This document shows positions 37,933-49,003 of a stretch of 64,000 nt of DNA, one piece after another. Made by a program: the position numbers and the translations under genes. The stretch comes from Lingula anatina (Eukaryota; Animalia; Brachiopoda). The DNA is taken from positions 6,572,001-6,636,000 of the forward strand of contig CM120649.1 in assembly GCA_051362555.1 (NCBI GenBank), read 5' to 3'. Position 1 is the stretch's first letter. Each line of letters begins with the position of its first letter. Under the pieces are notes generated by a model that was not told where the DNA came from, ran no database searches, and was given only the letters and a program-made list of their open reading frames with translations.

Positions 37933-38649
37933 AATAGGTATGCGCCCAGAGCCAGCCCGCCTTGAAAATTGACATTTTAGTGGGTGGCAAAATCATTATT
38001 ATCAACGTCATTTTTAAATAGTTAAATAATAATTCCTGATATATAATTAATCGAATACGAGCTAGATCTAAGCTCGATTTGCAGAAGTCGCCTCTCAAAA
38101 GGGAACAAAAGTATGTATTCAGCTTTTTATGCGAAGAGCGTCACGTAAAAAGAAACTAGTGCTAGTAAAATACGACCTTCAGTAGGCTTTGTACATATTC
38201 AATTTATTTTAACAGCATTTAATACCAAGCATATGTACTGAAGTTTAGCCAAATCCGAGGCTTTGTTCCAATAATATAAGGCCTGTTTCAAATTTGCTGC
38301 ACAACATTTAAGCACAATTTATGTGGTTTCTCACTTTGTTGTTTTCTAAGTATGTCACTTGAAAGGATAATGCTATCAACCCAACTGGTACAACAGACTG
38401 ACCTTTTCAAGACCTTATTTGATACACTTGCCCCTTACAGCATTTTATCCTGGAGTCTGCATGGAGCCGATTACAAAAAATGCGAAAAAAAGCTTTTTAA
38501 AAGTCATCAGTTTGCTAGCAACACTTGAAACGGGGGTTGGGGTGGGGGGTGGGAGTGGAGAAAACCTCGAACTTGCCGGGGGTCAGCATTTATACATACA
38601 CCAGTATTTGCCTTACATACTTGTAAGTCATATACATACCTACAACATG

Positions 38650-38898
38650 CCTTATAAATGGGTTAGGCGTTTACTAACTCTACCCGCAGATCTTTTAGCA
38701 TTAACACCCATATTTACATCAAAACCCACAAATTAACCAGCGCCACCAAAGTGGATGAATGGTAGTGCTAGGTATCACTTTGTTGGTGCTAAATAATTGT
38801 ACGGTGTGTTGGTTAATTCGTGGGTTTTGTGGTAATATGGGCGTTAGTGCTTAAAGATTTGCGGGTAGTGTTAGTAAACGCCTAATACGTTTATAAGG
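38650..38898. mobile_element. Hairpin MITE with about 90-bp arms
   Basis: ccttataaa...ttaggcgtttactaac...tacccgca...aaaacccac.aattaacca pairs with tggttaatt.gtgggtttt...tgcgggta...gttagtaaacgcctaa...tttataagg. Confidence 0.75.
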
Positions 38899-39383
38899 TC
38901 TGTACTAAATTTGAACAGATTTATGGCAAGATAAGGATTTTACTGGACCAGGTTTGGATGGCGTTTTCTGTCGGGTCACTATATCTTTCTTACATATAAA
39001 CAAAGTATGTACAGATGTTGAATCGATACCAGATGGCATGACAAAAAAGAGCGGTCACCACACAAAAGTCTGTACAGTCAAAGTTTTAGGTGCGCTCTCT
39101 CCTCTCTCATTATCAGAAGAGCACATAAAAATGCACTTTATAGTACAGTATATGTAGCAAAACACAAAATATCGTGGCCACACTGAAGTCTGAAGTCTCT
39201 CTTTCATGTGAATACATATAAGAACCACCATGCACATGTTAAATCCAAGTTCATTGACGTAGGATCCAGTCTTATATACATGGAACATACGCATTTAAAC
39301 CGCATCATCTCACTGCAGCCTCGGTGTCGTTCACATTTGAAAAATGCCGTTTTCTCGCTGTTCCTGGTTTGTTTTAAGGCCAA

Positions 39384-39825
39384 CTATACACACAGGTCAC
39401 AGCCACATCGGATAATATACCTATATGTAGCAAACACAAAGTTCCCGTCGGTGCACTGTAGGCGTAGAGCCTTCATGACGGAGAGTCTGTCTCTACAGCA
39501 CTCACAGCGGTGGTGAAAGGGGTAGAGCAGGACCGGCTGAAAACTGACCAACGACTCCGTGGAAGACCGGGAGCAAAAGCCTTCACATCTCGTCAGCAGA
39601 ACTGTCTGGAACGTAGGGAGAAGTCGCTTAGTAAAGACCAGTAGTTGTTGACCGTATGACTGTTCATTTATTAAAGAAATTTCTTAAAAATGAAGTAATC
39701 TTCCTTCAGTCAACAGCTTAATATTGAAATAGTTACCTCCAATATTTCGATGTCTAGCAGAGCATCTTCATCAGGGAATGAGGCTATTCAGGTGAATATA
39801 CTTACATGTACCCCCCTCCCCCCCC

Positions 39826-39876
<51 letters not shown>

Positions 39877-40292
39877 TTTTAACATTTGATTTTAAAAGTA
39901 CACGTATTATTCACATAAACGAATAATTGATCGATTTTTGAAAAAATTAACATCTGGACTAACAGAGAAATGGCCCAAAGCGGCCCGGGGCCTCAACTAG
40001 TGAATTTCGCAGAACGAACTTTTATTTAAGGATGCACATGAATTACTCGGAGTTCATAGTATTGGAGAGAGAGAGAGAGAGATAGATGCATTACATTTTT
40101 ATTATCACACCGTGAACTCAGCATAAAATTTCATACAAGTACCTTTGTTTCACATTCCCTGGCTGGATGCCGTATCAGATGCACTTTGTAATGTCGCATA
40201 CATCTACTCTCCCACTTTACGGCACTTCCTACAACGACATAGCACAGCAACACGGAACACATCATGGCCACGTGACCACCCTCTGAGCGCAT
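39384..40292 (-). CDS. NDP: Norrin (Norrie disease protein)-like secreted cystine-knot protein, 123 aa; coding exons 40292-40143 and 39605-39384
   Basis: Translation: MRSEGGHVAMMCSVLLCYVVVGSAVKWESRCMRHYKVHLIRHPARECETK|TVLLTRCEGFCSRSSTESLVSFQPVLLYPFHHRCECCRDRLSVMKALRLQCTDGNFVFATYRYIIRCGCDLCV*. Donor AAG|GTACTT, acceptor ttccAG. It has a signal peptide and the Norrin motifs RCMRH, VLLxRCEG, LVSF, CxCCR, KALRL, ATYRYI and CxCxxC. Confidence 0.93.
39725..39790 (-). ncRNA. Candidate minimal type I hammerhead ribozyme (Penelope-like-element type) in the Norrin intron
   Basis: Minus strand: UGAAUAG..UCC-CUGAUGA-A-GAUG(loop)CAUC-GAAAUAUU-GGA..CUAUUUCA. Core boxes, helix II and helix I pairing are present; helix III is minimal. 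Confidence 0.4.
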
Positions 40293-43042
40293 TCTCACAC
40301 CTAAAAAAATATAAATAAGAGCTGATAGATACTTGGATTAATGAATAATTGACACAATAAACTTCTATATTTCATTTGGGAGATTTAAAAGACATCAGCG
40401 GGCCTGAAAAATAACGAACCTATAATACGTAAAGCATATCATCTTTCACTACTCTACCTGTGAAACATAATTGGCTATAACACGTCAAATTAATGTAGGG
40501 GTTCTATTCCTACTCCTTTTGATGAAATCAAACACGAAAAATAAACAAAATAAGAGTTCTTGCAATCGGTTTATACATGCATTCAATTTTTATTCCACAT
40601 CATCTGTTAAAATATGTAATAAATAAACAAACGTAATGAAATAACACCCGGTTTGAGGAAAATTTCTACAGAAATCACAAACTTCCTAATCATTTCGTAC
40701 GTAGGAGCAACTGACATTGACAGGCAGAATTGTATTGGTTTGGGGCGCTTATTTTTTGCGACGCAGAATATTTATTCATTTACATTCGTGCTGGGCCAAC
40801 GATGTAGAATCTATTACCTGTATATACGTATCAATTTGAATCTTTATCTTGGGGGCAAATAGCACGTACATCATGCGCTCCTCTGTTGGAAACCCATAGA
40901 AAAGAAACGGTCTTTCTCCACGAGCGGCTCGGGACGTAGCTCTCTTTCGCTAAAAAAATGACTCGGGGCAAAAAGAACATTCTTCAATTTTACTATTAGC
41001 ATGTTTCCTCCTTTCACACATGGTTTGCCAGAGCTAACATGCGGTTGTCGTTACAGAGAATGTCGTGAAAAAACTGGGGTCATTTTTTACGAATTTGAAT
41101 TTCCAAAAGCAGATTTTTAAAAGTTATAGATCTACTGTGTATTTTTACCTTACATTCGACAGAATAAGGAAAGCAGAAGGAAGCGTTTGAACATGACAAA
41201 TAGACTAGAGTCAAAAGGGGGGCAATTTTAAGACTAAATTTATAAACAGACTTGTCAACATGAAGGGGGTCTAGCATCTGTGTTATTTTTCTCTTGGCAG
41301 CGGGGTTGCCAGCGCTGCAACTCTGGAAATAGGCAGCTATAGATCCATTGCTTTGAAAAGAGAATGGAAGATGCAATGGAAATAAGTGCTAAAAATGTGT
41401 CAGATTTGCGTGTCATACATGAATCATCCGGAGTATGGGGTAGGCCTACTCTGTTACGCTTTTTTTAAACGAGCACTAAATGAAAAGAGGGTTGATATAC
41501 CTGTAATTATATATCTTTGAGTGCCTAAATGAAACATATATCCCAACCTGCCTGTGACCTACGACATCAATAGTGGGCGGTGATCCACACTATTTCTCTG
41601 ACAATATACAGTGTAATAGCATTTTTAACAGAAAGTGATGAAGTATAGTACATGCGCTTCTCTTGTAAATTTATGTAGTTCATTGGGTAGGGGCGGTTTA
41701 ACCACTGTCATCGTTCACACACATCGTTCACACCGTGCCCATAAAAATTCATTATACAGACACTCGTTCTAGGAAAACATCAATGGTTTCTGATTTTAAA
41801 AAGTGAAGAAAGTGCAATTCGAATTTTGATACGTGCCCATTGCAAATTACTGCATCTAAATTTTACCAAAAAGTTAAAAAAGGAACGGTTCTTCAAATCG
41901 CATCAAACTCTCTTATGGGTACTGAATAAGACTTACCCAATAATCTATAGTATGAATCCCACATTGTGCAATTGTAAACATCATTCTCGAGAAGACTTCG
42001 ACTCGACTTCACGACAGCTGTAAGAACGGTGTCAGAGACGCTGTCGCATCTCAGGCAAGGTGAAGGTCATAAAGGTGAAGTTAGCAATCTGCTTGATCTG
42101 TCGTCGCTCAGAAACTGTAATATCTGCGCAAGGACCTTTCATATATAGTTGGCTGAGAAATGAACAATATATGATGAGGCAAGCTTCGACTTTACGTTGG
42201 GTTCACGCCAAAAATGCCAGTGAAATTGAAGCTGGGTGCTTGAAATTTTGTAAATTTGTTCATTTACTGGCCACTGTTCCTGCTTTAGGTCAGTAAATTC
42301 GTAGATCCTTACGTCTCTAGGGAGAGTAGGCTAATATCATATATATTTGGCTCAGACTGATAAAATTATATACATAATAATGAATTGAACTAAACTGTCC
42401 TCAATTTAGTCCATCACACATCTCTAAATCATATTAGTATTCCCAATTCCTTCCATTTCCTAGAAATTATTTGTCGTTTAGTACTTGTTGTATGTAATCC
42501 CAGAACCGTTCAGCCGCTTCATTCCCTATTATACCATCTGTGGCCCCACTGTGTGTTCCGGAGCAGACTGGCGCTCTCTCATCACAACGTATACAATTTA
42601 CCTAATAAAACTAAACCAAGGCAGCAAGGTGAAACCAATAATAACAACGCCATGGCCATCTGGGATACATCGGTACTGCCAGACGAAGAGGGGTGACTTT
42701 TGTGCAGTTTTTGTGGAAATTGCTGTGGAAGCCAAGTCGTACGTCACGTTAAAATAAATTTTATTGTAGGTAACGATATATTATGTGATAATACAGTAGG
42801 TCGGCGCATCAGAGGCGTACGTGGGTGCCCCATCGGCTCCAGCCCACCCTTCCTCCCCCTTTGCCTCTTACCCCCGTGCTCGGCCGTCTTGCCCTCCCTC
42901 GCAGGGCCTTATTAAAGCTGACTCACTGTGATGACGGTACACTTGCACCCTGAATTTCAAAGGTCACAACCAACTCCCATCTATTGCCAGTATGTCTCGA
43001 ACGTTTCCAGTGTGTTAATAATACAGGGGAGTTCAACTTGCC

Positions 43043-43372
43043 AATGACCTCTGAAAACACAGGGTGGCACAGCCCACATCATGCAGTCATGGAAAAATAT
43101 TTGTGTGTAAAATGTGCCCTTACAGCGGACACGTGTTTCTGGAAAGTGAAGGCAGACGGAGAATAATCACAACCCAGGTGCATTTGATTGACCAACGCCC
43201 CACTTGATCGTGAAGAGTGTGGACCTTTTCTGGGAAACAATAGCGGTGTCAAAGGCGACATGTCAGTCAAGTCGTCCACCTGACTGCACCTATGACTGGC
43301 GTGAGGGGTTGATGTGGACGATTCAGTGGGTGGGAAAGTTCAGGGGATGCAACCCTATTTTCAGAGGTCATT
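43043..43372. mobile_element. MITE-like element with about 26-bp TIRs
   Basis: aatgacctctgaaaacacagggtggca versus tgcaaccctattttcagaggtcatt. Confidence 0.55.
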
Positions 43373-43512
43373 AATTAGAAATGTTATTTTAAGATATTGT
43401 TCTACTACTTGGTAAGAAGTAATAAAAATCGGAGCGCTGCCATAAAATACTCCCCTAGCAAAATAAGTGTGTCACCCCTAATGCAATGATGCAGAAAATA
43501 ATGGCATAAGCC

Positions 43513-44846
43513 TATGGAAGCGTGTAAGGGTCACAACACCAACACCAAAAACAAACTTCACAACACCAACACCAAAAACAAACTTCACAACACCAACACC
43601 AAAAACAAACTTCACAACACCAACACCAAAAACAAAACTCACAACACCAACACCAAAAACAAAACTCACAACACCAACACCAAAAACAAACTTCACAACA
43701 CCAACACCAAAAACAAAACTCACAACACCAAACAAAGAGCGTTTTAAACAAACCTGAGTATCATGTATACCGTATCATGTCTGCACTATATGACCACTCA
43801 CACTTGACCCACTTCAGTGGCCATTAAAGAATAATCAATCAATTGTCAAGCCTACACATGAAAGAGTACAGGCAGTTCCAACCCTTCAATATGTTAAGTT
43901 TGAGTCTTACTTTTTTACACAATAAAGCTTAATTGAGATTTCGGATTCAACTGTTGGGGCACAGTGTTTATAAAAATAAAGCTCACCAGTAATGTAAGAT
44001 GTAGTCCTTGTAGAAATAATAACGTAACGTAGAATAAATTAAGAGTCATCTGTCAATTACTGAATCTATTCCTACATATCAATCACATATCAATTACTTT
44101 GGTTGCTTTGGCAACAACAAGCACGTTGTAGCAAACTTGAGAATCATGTGTATTATGTTTGCACCAGGTTTCTATTCCAACTTGACCGACTTCAGTAGTC
44201 ATTGAAGAACAATCAATCACTTGTCAAGGTTGCAAATTAAAGAGAAGTGGCAATTCCAACCCTTCTAGAGAAAATGGTCCATTTTAATCTTAATCAGATC
44301 ATCTAAGATTTTTTCACAGAAGCAGGATAGACAGTCGTGCCAAGCAGCCAAAGTAACCAAATTTTCTATCCTATTTTAGTTTTTACCTCTAAACTAAAAT
44401 ATAAGAGAAAATATGGTTGTTCAATCAAAGGCCTTAAACTTGACAATTGATTGTTCTTTAATGGCCACTGAAGTGGGTCAAGTAGAGTGGTTATCTAATG
44501 CAGACATGATACGGTATACATGATACTCAGGTTTGTTTAAAGCGCTCTTTGTTCGGTGTTGTGAGTTTTGTTTTTGGTGTTGGTGTTGTGAGTTTTGGTG
44601 TTGCTGTTGTGAGTTTTATTTTTGGTGTTGGTGTTGTGAAGTTTGGTGTTGCTGTTGTGAGTTTTGTTTTTGGTGTTGGTGTTGTGAGTTTTGTGTTGCT
44701 GTTGTGAGTTTTGTTTTTGGTGTTGGTGTTGTGAGTTTTGTGTTGCTGTTGTGAGTTTTGTTTTTGGTGTTGGTGTTGTGAGTTTTGTGTTGCTGTTGTG
44801 AGTTTTGTTTTTGGTGTTGGTGTTGTGGCCCTTACACACTTCCATA
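43513..44846. mobile_element. Foldback-type element: inverted arms of about 340-400 bp built on a cacaacaccaacaccaaaaacaaa minisatellite, with a TAAGCC TSD
   Basis: Left arm 43513-43850 is the reverse complement of right arm 44439-44846. taagcc occurs at 43507-43512 and 44847-44852. No transposase ORF lies in the spacer. Confidence 0.85.
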
Positions 44847-46098
44847 TAAGCCAATCTTTTTTTATCCAACTTCTACAGGGCGGTCCATAAAAAACCTATT
44901 TTACTTTCCATCTCAACGTCACTTGATAATATTCTTCGTGCAGCCCCGCACATAAAGTTGTCTCCAGAGACTACCAGTGCCTGAATTGTACTTGTTCACG
45001 TGTCCATACCGTTCTTTTTATTTTGTTCTCCACGGGGCACAATCAAATTTGACTATTCTGTACCTGTTAGCAGCCTAAAGCTATTTCAACTGAATTTCAG
45101 GATACAAATAAAATTAATATATAAACATAAATATTGAATTCCCTGCTGCCATGCAAATAACCCTTGTTTTCATTTGCATATTTTTTTCAATCAAGCATTC
45201 TAGGTAATTATACATGTAGGCTAGATAGGCAATTGAGTTACGAATGTTTTAGCTCCCATACGTGATAGGTTGTAAGAAGGGTTAAATGGTTAGTTCCAAA
45301 ATAAAAAAAATCTTGTTTAGTCAAAAAATGAATGTGTAAAAAACAAATTTATGTCAATCAAATGAGCAAGTCAGATTGATTTTATTTTTCAAAGTAGGCA
45401 CTCATGCAAAGCTTACAGGTACAAATTTTCATTTTTAATTCTGTTTTATTATGCTTTTGTTGATTTTTTTTTTCTTTCTTTTCAAATACTTTATCTGTTT
45501 TGTTCAATATATGTTTCTATAGACGAATACGTTCATTCAGTTATGCAGGTTTTTTTTTCATTTTCGGTCTCGTGGGTTCCTAATTTAGACTTAATTTAAA
45601 GGACCTTCTATACATGTTTAATTACCTAGATATTAGAAAAATGTCGAGGGAAAAGATCATATTTACAGTATTCATCAAAACCACATTCATAACTTTGAAA
45701 TTACATGTAAAACAAATTAGGTAAAGTGCAGTTTCCGGTGATTTAGGCCCGTTATAGCCCAACCAAATACCCAATCTTCACATTTAATTCATGCCCGAAA
45801 TGCGTTAATCAGGAAGATAACTAGACTTTTATTGGGATATATATATGAGAAGTATGCACCTTTGTATGAAATCTATTCCGAATCAAGTGATGTCTTAGAT
45901 GAAACCCGGACTTCTCGAAGGGTGAAGAGTAGGGAAATTAGCCGAAGCTTCGTTACCTGTTCATTAAAGGGCGGTAAACGAAGACATTACAGGTAAAATG
46001 TTCACGGCATTCTTAAGTATTGGGTTCGGTCTTCTACGGCGTTTTCAACATTTTTACTTTTCAATGTAACGCTTTTCCTTTGTCAGCAAACAAGTCAA

Positions 46099-47151
46099 AT
46101 GGAGAATTGGTCACAGCCAGATACATTGTGTAACAACTCATTCAATCAGTCGGTTGATTTGGGAGAATTCAAAAATGACGTCGTGTTCAACACAGCAAAT
46201 GGTGAAACACCTTTTAACCTGTTTATATTCTGGTTTGTGGGAGTTGCGGGCAATACTGTCTGCATATTAGGAACACTTTTTAACATCTTGTCAGTGTTGA
46301 CATTTTCTAAAGAGAAAACACTCACGTCAACCACCTACTTATTGACATGGATTGCCGTCATGGACAATGTGTTTCTGCTTACGTCCATAATTTGTGTATC
46401 TTTACCGGGTCTAAACGCATACATGGGCTGGGTGCCATGGTATGATGCCTCCATCCAACCGCATATCAAGTTTATTTGGCCGATAGTTTTGGCTTCAAAG
46501 CTAGCTTCGCATTATTTTGTCATCATGGTTGCCTATGACAGGTATTTGGCTATAACCAAGCCAATCGCTTCCTTTAAGAGTCGCACAGTCTCTAAATGGC
46601 GTGCTCGCTCATACCTCATGATTTTATTAGTTATAGTGTACCAAACCCCAAAGTTCTTTGAAGCCGATGTAGTCGGTTTCGCAAGCTGCAGGGCAAACTC
46701 TACCAACCTCTGTCATACAGTTAAAACAAAGGACTTAGGAAATCTCTACAGGGTCGTGTATCGCCTTATTTTGCCAATTATTCTCAGCCAGATAGGTCCA
46801 GCCGTCACCGTCATCACGCTCTATGCTAAAATTACCATCGCTCTGAAGAAAAACGCCAAAAGTGTCGCTGGGATGACTGTCTCCAAGACAGGCCCATCTG
46901 GTAACCTCACTAAAATTGTAACCTCTCTCCTCATATGTTACCTGCTTGCTTTAATACCTTATTGTTTTCTTACACCAGTCGTCGCTCTACAGGAAAGGTT
47001 CATATCTTCCCAGTACCACCATATCATTGATTGGGCCCGACCAATGGTTTACATGTTGAGCGCTTTGAATGCATCGGTTAATTTTTTTATTTACGGGCTC
47101 GTGGGGACTAAATTTAGACGTTATTTAAAGAACCTTCTACATATTGAATGA
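46099..47151 (+). CDS. Rhodopsin-class GPCR, FMRFamide-receptor-like, intronless CDS, 350 aa (copy 1)
   Basis: Seven hydrophobic segments, TM1 Asn (LFNIL), TM2 AVMD, TM3 AYDRY, TM6 Pro, TM7 NASVNFFIY, helix 8 KFR, and N-glycosylation sequons in the N-terminus. Confidence 0.93.
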   Translation: MENWSQPDTLCNNSFNQSVDLGEFKNDVVFNTANGETPFNLFIFWFVGVAGNTVCILGTLFNILSVLTFSKEKTLTSTTYLLTWIAVMDNVFLLTSIICVSLPGLNAYMGWVPWYDASIQPHIKFIWPIVLASKLASHYFVIMVAYDRYLAITKPIASFKSRTVSKWRARSYLMILLVIVYQTPKFFEADVVGFASCRANSTNLCHTVKTKDLGNLYRVVYRLILPIILSQIGPAVTVITLYAKITIALKKNAKSVAGMTVSKTGPSGNLTKIVTSLLICYLLALIPYCFLTPVVALQERFISSQYHHIIDWARPMVYMLSALNASVNFFIYGLVGTKFRRYLKNLLHIE

Positions 47152-49003
47152 GATTGTCACAACAGTCTGTAATTATCAACATAAATATATATGTACAGTG
47201 TATATGACTTCGATGTAAGTTTTGAATCATGATTGGCGGTTAAAAACGGTTTATAGTTGCTCATCATGCATTTGTGATCTTACGTTCAAGTAAGCTTTAT
47301 TATTGACACAAGTCAATGATATTCAATGTATACAGTAAGGTAGCATGGGGTTCACTTCCTTCCACGGGTATTAAAAATATTAGTTAAAGAAGGCATTTGT
47401 TCACGGTGTCTCAGAATATTGTCAAATGTGCTTGTTGCCTTGAATGTTTACACAAATTCTTAAACTTCTTCACTTGATACTCTTTGTGCACACTTGCACG
47501 TAAAGCTTGTCATCAGAGACTTCCAGTGCGGCCTGTCTTGGCACCTGAGTTCTATCTGTCTGCGCACCCATCCTGTTTCCTTTATTTCCTTCTCCTCGGG
47601 ACGCGATCAAATTTAACTATCCTGTACCGGTAGATTTCAGTTTTAGCTATTTCATATGAATTGCGAGATACACGCAGAATATGTGTAAACATGAATGTTG
47701 AATTGCCCGTGGTGATGCAGATAATCCTCGATCATTTCCATTTGCTTTTTTCACCCTAACAAATTATTAAAATGATAACAATTGTTCATTTGGGCCAACA
47801 AACATGGATTCTTGACAATTTTCCTTACACTTACCAATGGTTCATGAATCCGTTCTGACATTCAAAGCTATAGTCCCTGTGGGTTTTTTTTCTAAAACGT
47901 TTGGCTTTTTGGAACATGATGGTATAACTTGCTGAAGTGATTATTATAGAGGGTAGCTATCTATGGAGGCACGTGGTCTGGTGGCAAACAGATTCCAAAT
48001 TTGCATTAGCCGTCCTTTTGGTGTTACAATAATTAAGATATATTTTATTTGTATGAGTTGTTTACAATGTAAGAGTTGTTATCATTTTAGGCTAGTCAAT
48101 TGACGATTGACCAAGGGGTTACGAAGTTTTTTTTTCAGCTCCCATACGTGATAGATTGTAAGATACAGTAGGTGCAGTGGCTAGTTTTGAATAAAATTAA
48201 TCTTGTTTAGTCAAAAAAGAAAAGGAGTAAAGTGAAAAGAGAAAAGAAAAGAGATGTGTTAATCAGATGAGCAAGTCAGAGTGATTTTGTTTTTCGAAGA
48301 GGCCACTAATGCAGCTAACTTGTACGACAAATTTTCATTTTTTAATCTAATTTTCATTTGTTTTGTTTTTTTTTTTTCATATACATTACCTATTTGATCA
48401 ATATATCCGTCTATAAATGTATACACATTCATTCATTCAGATTTGCATTTTGTTTACCAAAATATTAGAAAGGAGGCGAAGGGAAAGGAATAATTGCGAT
48501 TTTCATCAAAACCACACTCGTTACTTTGGAATTAAAACAAATAAGGTAAAGCAGTATCCTGTACATAATAAAGGTCCGTTATAATCCAAATGAATATCTA
48601 ATCTTCACGCCTAATTCTTGTCTTTATTGCGTTAATCATAAAGATAACAAGACTTTTATTAAGATATTGATGAGGAGCATGCATCTTGGTATAAAATCTT
48701 TGTCGAATTGAGAAATGTCTTAGATGATCGAACCATGAGTCCTTGAAGTGTGCAGAATAGGGATTTTTACTGAAGCTTCATTCCTGTAAACCAAAGGGCA
48801 GAGACCAAAGACCTTTGAGGTAAAATTTTGACTGCATTCCAAAGAATTGGGTGATATCTTCTACGGCGTTACGAAGAGTTTAACTATTTAAATAAAATTA
48901 GGATCATTTTGTCATTTGCAAATATCTTCACAGATGATTTTCACTTGAACGAATGGTTTACATAAATAAAAAAATGACTTAATTTATGTAGTAAACAAGT
49001 CAA

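Noticed and set aside
39208-39516. 102-aa plus-strand ORF
   Set aside because: It is antisense to the Norrin-like last exon, which has far stronger support.
43522-43730. Regular repeats of about 27 bp that might suggest a CRISPR array
   Set aside because: There are no unique spacers and no cas genes, and the context is eukaryotic. It is a tandem minisatellite.
43478-44869. Cys/Trp-rich (CCEFCFWCW) and HNTNTKNK ORFs resembling metallothionein or toxin peptides
   Set aside because: They are translations of the foldback element's minisatellite arms and appear mirrored on both strands.
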